From positions 1 through 61,139 of the forward strand of contig JANXAQ010000089.1 of the NCBI GenBank assembly GCA_025062105.1: a stretch of 61,139 nt of DNA, in the 5' to 3' direction. Both the position numbers and the translations under genes were made by a program. Under the pieces are notes generated by a model, which had not been told where the DNA came from, made no database searches, and saw nothing but the letters and a program-made list of their open reading frames with translations. This stretch comes from Thermoguttaceae bacterium (GTDB lineage: Bacteria > Planctomycetota > Planctomycetia > Pirellulales > Thermoguttaceae). This document shows, piece after piece, positions 40,801 through 49,073 of this stretch (the first letter of the stretch is position 1; the number at the start of each line of letters is the position of its first letter).

Positions 40801-41862
40801 GGCCTAGTACTTTGGGCAGAAACCACGATGCCGATTTTCTATGACCTTGGACAACCCGAAGGCCGGACCCGACTGGAAACCTGGAAGCAAGAATATGAAC
40901 AATTCTTCAAAAACCTCCCGATTCAGGTCTTTTCCGTTCGGGTTCGATCTGGGGATGATGCCAGCTGCCGAAATCTTTATCGGCCTGGCCAGCCCCGGGT
41001 CCTCGGCCTGTCTGAGGCATTCCTACATCGGTCTGCCTTTGCCTGGGCGCAGACATTAGCCCAGACCTCGGAGGAAAAGAATAATCCTTGGCTCCTGTTG
41101 CAACGGCCGTTAGAAGAGCAGGCCGATGGCCAATGGGTCGTACCGGCCATTGCCGATGCTGACTCGGCCACCTATAGCTTGAAAGTACGTCTCGGCGAAG
41201 ATGTGGAATTACGTACGGATCAAGGTCATACTGTCCGTTTCCGCATCGTCGGCCTTCTGCGGCGCAGCATCTTCCAAGGGAATCTTCTCATCTGGGAAAA
41301 ACATTTTGTCCGCCTGTTTCCTGAGGTACAGGGGTATCGATTGTTTTTGACCAGCTTGGCGACGGATCAGTTGGCGCCATTACCTCGCCTGGAAGAAACC
41401 TGGCAGGAGGCGTTGGGCGAATATGGCTTACGCCTTCAGCGATGCCGGGACCGCCAGGCCGCCTTTTTAGCCGTCCAAAATACTTATTTAGCCACCTTCC
41501 AGAGTCTTGGCGGATTGGGCCTTGTGCTGGGAGTGCTTGGCCTGGGGGTGGTGCAGGTGCGGCAGGTATTAGAGCGGCGACGGGAATTGGCTGTGTTGGC
41601 GGCTGTGGGCTTTTCGCCCGCCCGCCTAGGCGCCTTGTTGCTCTGCGAAACCTGGATGCTTTTGGCGTTGGGACTTGGTTGCGGCCTACTAGCGGCGGCA
41701 GTAGCTGTCTGGCCCCATTGGCTAACCGGCCAAGGCACAATGCCATGGACCATGCTGGCCGGCGGGTTGCTTGTGGTTGTAGCCGTAGGTACCCTGGCCG
41801 GCCTTCTGGCCGTCCGTACCGCCCTGCGTCTGCCTGTGCTCCAACTCCTCCGGACAGAGTAG
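37900..41862 (+). CDS. ABC transporter permease, FtsX/MacB family, giant (about 1320 aa), no adjacent ATPase
   Basis: N-terminus MSRWRLLWRTVVFFWRSNLAVAGGVAVSAAVITGALILGDSLRGS. Two FtsX 4-TM modules at about 39900-40350 and 41450-41860. Confidence 0.7.
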   Translation: MSRWRLLWRTVVFFWRSNLAVAGGVAVSAAVITGALILGDSLRGSLRRMSLDRLGPVDAVLRTDRFFREALAEELQVRLANHPQQAQTGPIRFVPLILMEGMAATSDRQPTRSVGRVQIVGCDERFWRLGGQGQQSEDNSENLSTASYQVTTVSETEPFAKKELLSAPNRQPISHSIWPSGRSISSAWRTREDEEPAVLVNQPLAEQMGLEPGQEILIRFFAWQNIAPESTLGRKGGTVRSWRVRVAGLVPEDRWPGRFALSDFQQKPLLVYVPLRALQRLIGQSERVNTILAIRQSGPLEPPVTQESVLADCLRPSAEDYGLRFERVERGKYTYIHITTDQLLFPPPLEETLRRALEGHVFQPVLTYLANAIQLSPPRHPPITEQPADGQIVPYSTISAIDFQMAEPFGPFRSVDGRPLPPLRDTPEPEIVLNAWAARSLGIRLPEELPDSKAPPEKLSAKTPIGLQPGATDSSASKDMALLKAAVSTQSDKKTGSSSDLNKKAYTHVWNQASETAAGTASVGRDPGPFGPLPKYVYVTFFEPETMEGQTVERTVRFRLAGIVRMEGPARDRHLTPEVPGLTDRRSISQWDVPFEPFYEGLIRPADEEYFRQEGLTPKAFVSLATGWRLWASRFGRVSSFRVAAGSTVTLQELRQRIQQSAEPAKLGFVFQPVKRRALAASEGTGSFEVLFLGFSGFLILSAGMLVVLLFRLGVQRRQEQLGLLLALGFSSGQIRRFLLVEGLLAVLAGSSLGTLGGLGYGAAVLGGFRAWASDNINIWFLQLEVRPESFLIGFLAAVLLAVPTIGWAVHRSAQASPRHLLSGLPLEEADAKDTSALASQRLRLLRWAIRLLIVLAAAVGLIGWTGFRSQEMVQAGAFFAAGLLMLIAGLLWTRQLLYPRGKEISEIVFTSKVALLQLALRSAGRNPRRSSLTVGLMAAAVFLITATSLFRVQMPSHVPRLDDGAGGLVLWAETTMPIFYDLGQPEGRTRLETWKQEYEQFFKNLPIQVFSVRVRSGDDASCRNLYRPGQPRVLGLSEAFLHRSAFAWAQTLAQTSEEKNNPWLLLQRPLEEQADGQWVVPAIADADSATYSLKVRLGEDVELRTDQGHTVRFRIVGLLRRSIFQGNLLIWEKHFVRLFPEVQGYRLFLTSLATDQLAPLPRLEETWQEALGEYGLRLQRCRDRQAAFLAVQNTYLATFQSLGGLGLVLGVLGLGVVQVRQVLERRRELAVLAAVGFSPARLGALLLCETWMLLALGLGCGLLAAAVAVWPHWLTGQGTMPWTMLAGGLLVVVAVGTLAGLLAVRTALRLPVLQLLRTE

Positions 41863-42056
41863 CACAGACCTAGATGAATAAGAACCTCTAAGCCTCCGTT
41901 GAAACCTTTTCCAGTGGCAGGCTAAACTCACCAAAAGGGGAGCAAAACCGGCCAGGATGGGCAACAACTCCCAGGGTGCGGAGAACCTTTCACCAGAGGC
42001 AACTTCTAACAAAATGAAAATCCAGACGGTTCTGAGGTACCACCTGCCCCTTTAGC

Positions 42057-42170
42057 TCGACTTTTGCCATTTTAGGCCTTCTCCCGGAAGGGGAAAACTC
42101 TAAGGCCTTGTAACTATTGGACTTGGAAATTGTGTGTACAAAAGGACTTAGGGAAAATGGCAAAAGTCGA
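42057..42170. mobile_element. MITE-like family B copy
   Basis: tcgacttttgccattttagg...ttagggaaaatggcaaaagtcgag. Confidence 0.7.
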
Positions 42171-42193
42171 GATTAGGAGACCTTTCCGGGCAA

Positions 42194-42880
42194 CTATTTA
42201 CCGCGCACGTTGCCAAATAGTTCAATATGCACCCTGGGGCAATAGTGCAGGCCGTGCTGGCGGCAATAGGGGATAAGCCACTGGGCTTTCTCGGCTAAGG
42301 TTTGCCGATCGGTGCCCTGGGGCATCAGCAACACCCGGCTTCGATCGATTTCCGGAAACTGGCGAAGATATTCTTCCACTTCCAGGCAATCGGCCGGGGT
42401 GTCGATGACGAATTTGATCTGATAGGTGTACTGTCGAACCAATTGGCGGATAACTTCTGGCTGGTGGCGGAGCCGATCATGATGGCGTGCCCAGTGAGGT
42501 TTTTCAGCAGCCAAGGGAGTGGAGTTGGAAAGTTTTGGGCTGATCGACATTAGATCACATTCTACCGGCAAGTACCGGATGCCGCTCGTTTCGATCGTCA
42601 GATGCCGGCCCAGCCGATGAAGCTCCGCGGTAAGTGGCACTAGCTCTTTCCAGAGCATCGGTTCCCCGCCGGTAATAACCACATGGCGTTGGGGAAACTG
42701 AGCCACCCGCTCGACGACCTCTTCCAGCGAAAGATATTCTCCTTCCGGTGCCCAGGCGGCATACGGCGTGTCGCAGAACCGGCAACGCAATGGGCACCCC
42801 GAAGTGCGTACAAACACACTCGGCATCCCGGTCAGAAACCCTTCGCCTTGAATGGACTGGAAAATCTCGGCAATCCGCAT
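42194..42880 (-). CDS. queE: 7-carboxy-7-deazaguanine synthase (radical SAM)
   Basis: MRIAEIFQSIQGEGFLTGMPSVFVRTSGCPLRCRFCDTPYA is the QueE N-terminus with its Cys cluster. Alternative ATG at 42901. Confidence 0.8.
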   Translation of the reverse strand: MRIAEIFQSIQGEGFLTGMPSVFVRTSGCPLRCRFCDTPYAAWAPEGEYLSLEEVVERVAQFPQRHVVITGGEPMLWKELVPLTAELHRLGRHLTIETSGIRYLPVECDLMSISPKLSNSTPLAAEKPHWARHHDRLRHQPEVIRQLVRQYTYQIKFVIDTPADCLEVEEYLRQFPEIDRSRVLLMPQGTDRQTLAEKAQWLIPYCRQHGLHYCPRVHIELFGNVRGK

Positions 42881-43001
42881 AGATGAATTATTTTGGGACA
42901 TTCCATCCAAATGGGGTAGTTCGACATCCCTGGGCAAGCCACGAAACACACTTATCCTTCATCCCTGCGCAGGCCGGCCTCTTGGTATTGGTGTTTAAAT
43001 T

Positions 43002-43192
43002 AGGAACCTCTGCAAAACCCTGCACATATAGTGAACATTATGAACCTTTGATTCGGTAGGTATTTGGCCGCCCCATCCAAACACCTACTATATGTAGGGT
43101 GCTAGCAGTGCTACTAACCTTATATATTGGGTCAGCGGAAGAGGGAACCAAAATGGTATAAAAATATATCCTTTGAATGATGCAGAGGTCTC
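43002..43192. mobile_element. MITE-like family A copy
   Basis: ggaacctctgcaaaaccctgcacatatagtgaac...gctagcagtgctac...aaaatggtataaaaatatatcctttgaatgatgcagaggtctc. Confidence 0.75.
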
Positions 43193-43442
43193 TTATCAAT
43201 CAAAGCCATCCGGCCTGGCGGCAACCGGGTTTTCCCGATTGTTGGAGGAGGATCTGTTTCATTGGTTACCCTCCGATCGTTCGGTTTTTCGATTGTCCGA
43301 CGGTTGCTACCGTTGGGCAGTCCAACGACCCTTGGATTCCCGCTTGTCCGGGAATGCGTAGGAGGCAGTTCCCACGAACACTTCAATGCCTCCCAGCCTT
43401 TTCAGCGGGTCGAAAAGGCTGGTTTCCTCGGGTTAAAAGGGG

Positions 43443-43709
43443 TTAGAGTTTTTTCCACAGTTCTTGGACCAAGTTAGCCAGGTAGGCAGGGTTATCCGTC
43501 TGGAGCAAATGCTGGATGCGGCTTTGGGGCACCTGGAGTTTTTCCATCGCGGCGGCGGCTCGGCGCCAAAGCTGCTGCCGAGCCTTCCCCTGGGCCAAAT
43601 ACAACTCGCCGACGATCTCCTGCAACCGCTGGAGCATAATGGCCTGTTGGTTTTGGTAATAATTACGGATGATCCGCTGCTGATAAGGGGTATATTCTTT
43701 GTCGGTCAT
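43443..43709 (-). CDS. Small hypothetical protein (88 aa)
   Basis: Clean ATG; coding-like, helical, Gln-rich sequence; flanked by MITE-A copies. No family recognised. Confidence 0.4.
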   Translation of the reverse strand: MTDKEYTPYQQRIIRNYYQNQQAIMLQRLQEIVGELYLAQGKARQQLWRRAAAAMEKLQVPQSRIQHLLQTDNPAYLANLVQELWKKL

Positions 43710-43736
43710 ACTACGATGTTTTCCGGATTAGAAATC

Positions 43737-43926
43737 AGGAACCTTGGATAATTTACAGAAAATGTTTTTACACCATTTAGCTGCCATCCACTTTACCCCA
43801 ATATATAAGGCATGCCAGCACTGCTAGCAACCTACGGGTAGGAGGTTTTTGAATCGGCCAGGCCAATCCCTACCAAATCAAAAGTTCATAAAGTTCACTA
43901 CATGTTCAAGATTTTAGAGAGCTTCC
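43737..43926. mobile_element. MITE-like family A copy (inverted orientation)
   Basis: ggaaccttgg...ttacaccattt...gcactgctagc...gttcactacatgttcaagattttagagagcttcc. Confidence 0.7.
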
Positions 43927-44105
43927 CTCATGCCTCTCCGATGTCCTCATCTTTATTATTACGGCCGGAAGGATTCTCTGGAACCCCTATTTTTGATGGG
44001 ATGTTTATGGTAGTGTGGGGATAATTCTGCAGGAGGTGTCAAAAGAGCATCCTATTGCCCATCTATACTCTTTCTACCTTAGGGTTTTTGCAAGGAGACC
44101 TTCCC

Positions 44106-46520
44106 ATGCGACGATGCAGCGGAACTGGGTTGATCTGTCTCGGAGCAGTACTGGGCTGGTCATTTTTCTGGGGTCCCTTGTGCGGGACTGGCCTGTGGTG
44201 GGGCTCTGCCCTTTGGGCGGAAGAGATTTTTCGGCAATCGTTTGAGAAGATGGAATTTTCGCCACTTCGGCACACCTGGGGTGATGTGCCGGTGAAAACA
44301 TGGATTGCTCCCCAGGACGGCCAAGGGGTAGGTAACTCCCGTGCGCTGCGTCTGCAATTGGATTTTCCTGAATCGGTCCAGCAGAACCTTTCCTATTGGA
44401 GCTACGAGTTGCCGGAACCTGTGCCGATTGCTCCTGGTCTGGACTCGATCCGTTTTTCGGTCAAAACGAATGTGCCGGTGGGGCTCAAAGTGGCTATTTC
44501 CCCGTATGGGTTTATTTATCATGGGCCTGGGGTTGAGCCATCGGAGCAGTGGCAAGAGGTTCGGCTCCGGGAGGCCTACCAGGAGCTTCGGAAATGGTGC
44601 CAGGGCGGCGGCCAGCCGGTCGAAGCAGCCTGGGTGCAGGCCATTATTCTGGCGGTGGGCAATACCCGCGGGGCCAAAGCCGACATCCTCTTGGACGACC
44701 TTTGCCTCGAAGGACCAGCCGGTGCAGCCGATGCCCTCCGACAGGAGGCATTCCGTCGGCGCACTCGCAAAGTGCGGATTGTGCCGATTTCGCTCATTTG
44801 GGATCAGGGGCATCGGACGTTGGAAGCCGTTTTGAGCCGACTGGATGAGGCAGGAGAGGCCGCGGCGGATTTGGCCTGCTTGCCAGAAGTGTGCGTGGAT
44901 CAGGCCCCAGAGCCTATTCCCGGCCCCACCTACGAAAAAATCGCCCAAAAGGCGGCTCAGTATAAGATGTGGGTGGTCGGCAATCTGCGGGAAAAAGAGG
45001 CCGAGCGGTGGTATGTAACGTCGTTTTTGTGCGATCGGCAGGGTCGGCTGGTGGGCAAATATCGAAAGAGCCACTGCTTGCCGTATGAGCGGGGGCCAGG
45101 GCCGGAGGCCGGGTTTTCGCTGGGCGACGATCTACCTGTGTTTTCCACAGACATTGGGCCGGTTGGGCTGAAGATCGGCACCGACCATTATTTTCCAGAA
45201 ATTGACATGATTCTGCGCCGTCGGGGTGCAAAACTGATCGTTTGGTCCACCAGTCCCTTTCCGGTCCGAGATGAGCATTTATTTACTCTTTCCCTGCAAG
45301 GCCGGGCCGTCGATCTGGATGTGTATTATGTAGTGGCCCAATATGCAGGCCTGAAAGGCTACGGCGGCTACGAGGACCGGTTTTCCTGGCTGGGCACTTG
45401 GCCGATTGGCCGGGCGCAAGTTTTTGCTCCGGACGGCCATACGGTAGCCGACAGCGGCCATGGCGGCGGTCTGGCCATAGCCACCGTTCCGGCTGCAAGC
45501 CTGCTGGGCAGCATTAATCCCAAAGCCGGGCTGGATACCGAAGGCCCCTATGGGCTGGCCACTGCTCCAAAAGAGCAATTGCCGCCGCCCTGGCCGAAAC
45601 CCTCCGGACTACCTCCAGCACCTGCCCATGCGCAGAGCGATCCACCGAAGCAGCCCCTGACGACGGTCAACCCTAAACCCTCGGATAAACCACGGACTGC
45701 TCGGGTGGCGGTGATCGAATGCGAACCGAATATCGACCGGCTTCTGGAGAAGCTGGACTACTGCGGCCAGCAGCAATGCGATCTGGTCTGCCTATGGGAA
45801 TACGTCTGGTATCAAAACGATGAGGAGGTGGTGAAATATAAACAGCGGAACGAACAGTGGCTTCGGCAAATTGCGGAGAAGGCCGCCAAACATAAAATGT
45901 ACATTGTGATTGCTGGCGAGTTGCACCGGGGCTTTAACGAAGCCATCCTCTACGATCGGCAGGGCAAAGAACTTGGCCGATACACGAAAATCATTCAAAC
46001 CACCCCCAAAGAGTCCCGGTTTTACCAGGCCGGCCAGCGGGTGGGGATTTTCGATCTGGATTTTGGTCGGATTTGCGTGAAAATATGTGCGGATGTCTAT
46101 GCACCGCTTTTGGACCTGGTAGCTGGACTGTACCAGGTGGATCTGATGCTTCATCCTACACAGGATGCAGGGCCATATAGCGAGTTTATCCGGTTTCGGG
46201 ACGGCCATCGGGCTGTAGATCATGGGTATTTTTTGCTTCGGGCCACCAGCCCCGCTGGCCCTAGCGACCACCGGGCCTACATTCTAGATCCATGGGGCAT
46301 GGTGCTTGGGGCAAGCCAACATCAGACCAATAACCAGCCGGTGATCGTTACTCTGCAGTTGGACAATCGGCCAAAGTATTTCGAGTGGCCGGAAGAGCTT
46401 CGAGCCAAGGGGCCGTATCCAGACGGCTACCAGCAGAATCGGCAACCGGTCGCCAAAGGCGATCTGCGAGCAGTGCTTTTGGAGTGCCGTCGGCCGGAAC
46501 TGTACCGCCCCAAGCCGTGA
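44106..46520 (+). CDS. Secreted carbon-nitrogen hydrolase family protein with two tandem CN-hydrolase domains
   Basis: RBS aaggag. Signal-like N-terminus. Domain 2 has a E-K-C triad context (DLVCLWEY / RYTKII / FGRICVKICADVYAP). Domain 1 has E and K (DLACLPE / KYRKSHCL) but Thr in place of the nucleophile Cys (VGLKIGTDHYFPE). Confidence 0.6.
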   Translation: MRRCSGTGLICLGAVLGWSFFWGPLCGTGLWWGSALWAEEIFRQSFEKMEFSPLRHTWGDVPVKTWIAPQDGQGVGNSRALRLQLDFPESVQQNLSYWSYELPEPVPIAPGLDSIRFSVKTNVPVGLKVAISPYGFIYHGPGVEPSEQWQEVRLREAYQELRKWCQGGGQPVEAAWVQAIILAVGNTRGAKADILLDDLCLEGPAGAADALRQEAFRRRTRKVRIVPISLIWDQGHRTLEAVLSRLDEAGEAAADLACLPEVCVDQAPEPIPGPTYEKIAQKAAQYKMWVVGNLREKEAERWYVTSFLCDRQGRLVGKYRKSHCLPYERGPGPEAGFSLGDDLPVFSTDIGPVGLKIGTDHYFPEIDMILRRRGAKLIVWSTSPFPVRDEHLFTLSLQGRAVDLDVYYVVAQYAGLKGYGGYEDRFSWLGTWPIGRAQVFAPDGHTVADSGHGGGLAIATVPAASLLGSINPKAGLDTEGPYGLATAPKEQLPPPWPKPSGLPPAPAHAQSDPPKQPLTTVNPKPSDKPRTARVAVIECEPNIDRLLEKLDYCGQQQCDLVCLWEYVWYQNDEEVVKYKQRNEQWLRQIAEKAAKHKMYIVIAGELHRGFNEAILYDRQGKELGRYTKIIQTTPKESRFYQAGQRVGIFDLDFGRICVKICADVYAPLLDLVAGLYQVDLMLHPTQDAGPYSEFIRFRDGHRAVDHGYFLLRATSPAGPSDHRAYILDPWGMVLGASQHQTNNQPVIVTLQLDNRPKYFEWPEELRAKGPYPDGYQQNRQPVAKGDLRAVLLECRRPELYRPKP

Positions 46521-46629
46521 ATCAATACCATCCCCCCTGACTGGCTCGCTTTTATACACATCTTTGGGATGGATTTCCCCTCACAGTAGCAGCAAATGGT
46601 TGCCCCAATTAGGGGGATAACAAACCTTC

Positions 46630-46826
46630 CAAAACAAGCCAATAGTTACTTTGGATAAATTGCATAATTTAGGAAAAATCATTTAAAAGATCAGGAGGTC
46701 TTTAGTTTCCGAAAATGGTTTGTCTATATTTTCTATTTGATCCATTCTGTGTTGTTCAACGAGTTTTCCTGCTTTTCCTAAAGTGATGCCCGAGCGTCTG
46801 AACTCTAACTTGTGTATAACAGCGAG
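46630..46826. repeat. Repeat family C copy 2
   Basis: Seen directly in the sequence; matches 1-197 over its full length. Confidence 0.85.
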
Positions 46827-46952
46827 CCCTGACTGGACGCCAAGCGGGAACCAAAGCAGCATAACTACTCATCAAGGGGAATTTTTCAGAACGTACAGTC
46901 CAGAAGAGGTTGCTGCAAATGCTCCTGAGCATAGCATCCGGAAGGTAATAGG

Positions 46953-49073
46953 CTATGGCGGTGGAGGGGTAGCCGTCGGCTGGGAAGAAGGCAGCGATGC
47001 GGACTGAGCCAAGGCGGCCTTCGCTCGGGCCACCAGGGAGGCAGCCCAAGGTTTATCCGCATACAGTTCGACAATGGCTTGTCGGATGGCTCGGGCGGTT
47101 TCGGGAGCGGAAGTTTCCAACTGCTTGGCCCGCTGGAGGCGTTCTTCCAGAACTTGAACGACGCTGGCGATTTGCTCTTTCTGCTGTTGTTGCAGACGTT
47201 GCAGTCGGCGGCGGGCCAGTTCTAGACAGGCTCCGATCGGGCCGGACCGCTCCGACCGATTCTCATACAAATCCAAAAGAGCCTGAAGTTTCACCATTCC
47301 CAGATCGGGATTGGTCCGGCTGATGGCCACGGCCTCGGCATAGGCCCGCTCACATGGGGACAAAAATCCATGCCGTTGAAGTCGTCCGGCCGCTTGCAGT
47401 TCAAACCGACGCTCCAACCGGTCCAGGTCCAATTCTCGTTCGTAGTGGCGGATTTGTTCGGCTCGGGGATCGCCTGGGTAGCGGGAAAGAAACTGTTGAA
47501 TGGCTGAGTCCACGCCCCGAAGCGATTCAATAGTACCATCTTGGGCAGCACGAGTAATCCGGTCATACAAGCTGTCGGCCGACGGCGGTTGCAGCAGATA
47601 CCAAACCGTTCCTCCCGTCGCTAGCAGGCCTGCCGCCAAAACCCACGTCTGCCAGGAGATCCACGGCCGGACAGGTTCTTCTGGGGGCATTTGGTCGAGT
47701 TCATGTTCTGAGACGGGGGTAAAATGACTCAGCTTGGCTGAGTCGGGGATCTGCCGGGGGAGTTGCTCTGCAGGGAGCGGAGGCTTTGGTACGGAGGGTG
47801 GTAGTATCTCTTCAGGCGGCTGAGAAATTGGCGAGCCAAGCTCTGGTTGGGTGGCCTGTTGAGTCGGCGCTAACTGGTCATAAGCCTGAGGTTCGCAGCC
47901 GGAAGAGTTTTCTAGGGGAGGAGGTAAACCATTTTGCCCGGCTACTTTTTCAGGGCCACTTGGTTTCTTTTCTCCGGAAATAAGCCCGGCGGGTGGTTCT
48001 GGATAGGAGGGTTCTGCATAAGCCAAGCCTGGCACCGAAGTCATCGGTTGGGTCTCTGGAAGTTCCCCTGGTCCTTCCTCTGCTAAGGAAGCAGCATCCG
48101 AACCCTTGGCTCCGTGTGGAATTGGCTCTTTTTCCAAAATCGACTCTGCTGCGAAACCAACCGAGCCGATCGGTTGCATTCTCGCACCGGGGGCTGGCTC
48201 CAGAGGAGGTTTGATTTCGACACCAACGGATGCAGACGGAAAGGCCTCGGACGATGCTCCACCTTGCAGGAGAGATTCCAATCGACGGGCTGCTATTTGG
48301 GCGGTGGCGATTCGTCGCTGGGGATCTTTTTCCAGAAGTTGCTCTAAAAGTTGCTCGAAGGCTTCCGGGACCTCAGGGGCCAACCGACGGATTGGTTCAG
48401 GCCGGCTGCAGTGGAGCTTTTCGAGCATTTCTGCAAGCGTCTTGGCACGAAGCGGCGGACGACCACTGATCAAGCTGTAGAGAACAGCGCCTAGGCTATA
48501 CAAATCAGCCCTTCCATCCACTAGCCCCCCCTGGGCCTGTTCGGGGGCCATATAGTCTAGCGTACCAACCACACTGCCGACGGCTGTTAGCCTGTTTCGC
48601 CCAAAAAGCTGGGCAATACCAAAGTCAGCCAGCTTCACAGTGCCGTCGGCGGCTAGCAAGAGATTACTAGGTTTCAGATCCCGATGGATAATGCCCCGAT
48701 CGTGGGCGTGGCGAAGACCTCGACAGATTTGGAGTCCTATCTCTACCGCCTCTTGCCAACGGAAGCGTCGGCCTCGGCGCAGTTCACTCTCCAAGCTAGG
48801 GCCATCGACTAACTCCATGGCATAGAAAAGTCGGCCCTCCTGTTGGCCGAAACCTAACAGTCGAACAATGTTTGGATGTTTAAGTTTGCGGAGGGTTTCA
48901 ATTTCCGTCTCGAACCGGACACGGAAATCTTCATCCTCGCCTAGGGCGGCCGAGAGCACTTTCAGAGCGGCTCGTTGGCCGGTCTCTACATCCACCCCCT
49001 CATACACTACGCCCATGCCGCCCCGACCCAGCTTCCGGATCAATTGATAGGGGCCTAACCACTCCAGCTCCAT
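46953..49073 (-). CDS. Serine/threonine protein kinase with a long Pro-rich linker and C-terminal helical domain
   Basis: LGRGGMGVVYEG...AALKVL (Gly-loop, VAIK-like), HRDLKPSNLLL and DFGIA motifs. ATG 49073; alternative TTG 49088. Confidence 0.8.
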   Translation of the reverse strand: MELEWLGPYQLIRKLGRGGMGVVYEGVDVETGQRAALKVLSAALGEDEDFRVRFETEIETLRKLKHPNIVRLLGFGQQEGRLFYAMELVDGPSLESELRRGRRFRWQEAVEIGLQICRGLRHAHDRGIIHRDLKPSNLLLAADGTVKLADFGIAQLFGRNRLTAVGSVVGTLDYMAPEQAQGGLVDGRADLYSLGAVLYSLISGRPPLRAKTLAEMLEKLHCSRPEPIRRLAPEVPEAFEQLLEQLLEKDPQRRIATAQIAARRLESLLQGGASSEAFPSASVGVEIKPPLEPAPGARMQPIGSVGFAAESILEKEPIPHGAKGSDAASLAEEGPGELPETQPMTSVPGLAYAEPSYPEPPAGLISGEKKPSGPEKVAGQNGLPPPLENSSGCEPQAYDQLAPTQQATQPELGSPISQPPEEILPPSVPKPPLPAEQLPRQIPDSAKLSHFTPVSEHELDQMPPEEPVRPWISWQTWVLAAGLLATGGTVWYLLQPPSADSLYDRITRAAQDGTIESLRGVDSAIQQFLSRYPGDPRAEQIRHYERELDLDRLERRFELQAAGRLQRHGFLSPCERAYAEAVAISRTNPDLGMVKLQALLDLYENRSERSGPIGACLELARRRLQRLQQQQKEQIASVVQVLEERLQRAKQLETSAPETARAIRQAIVELYADKPWAASLVARAKAALAQSASLPSSQPTATPPPP

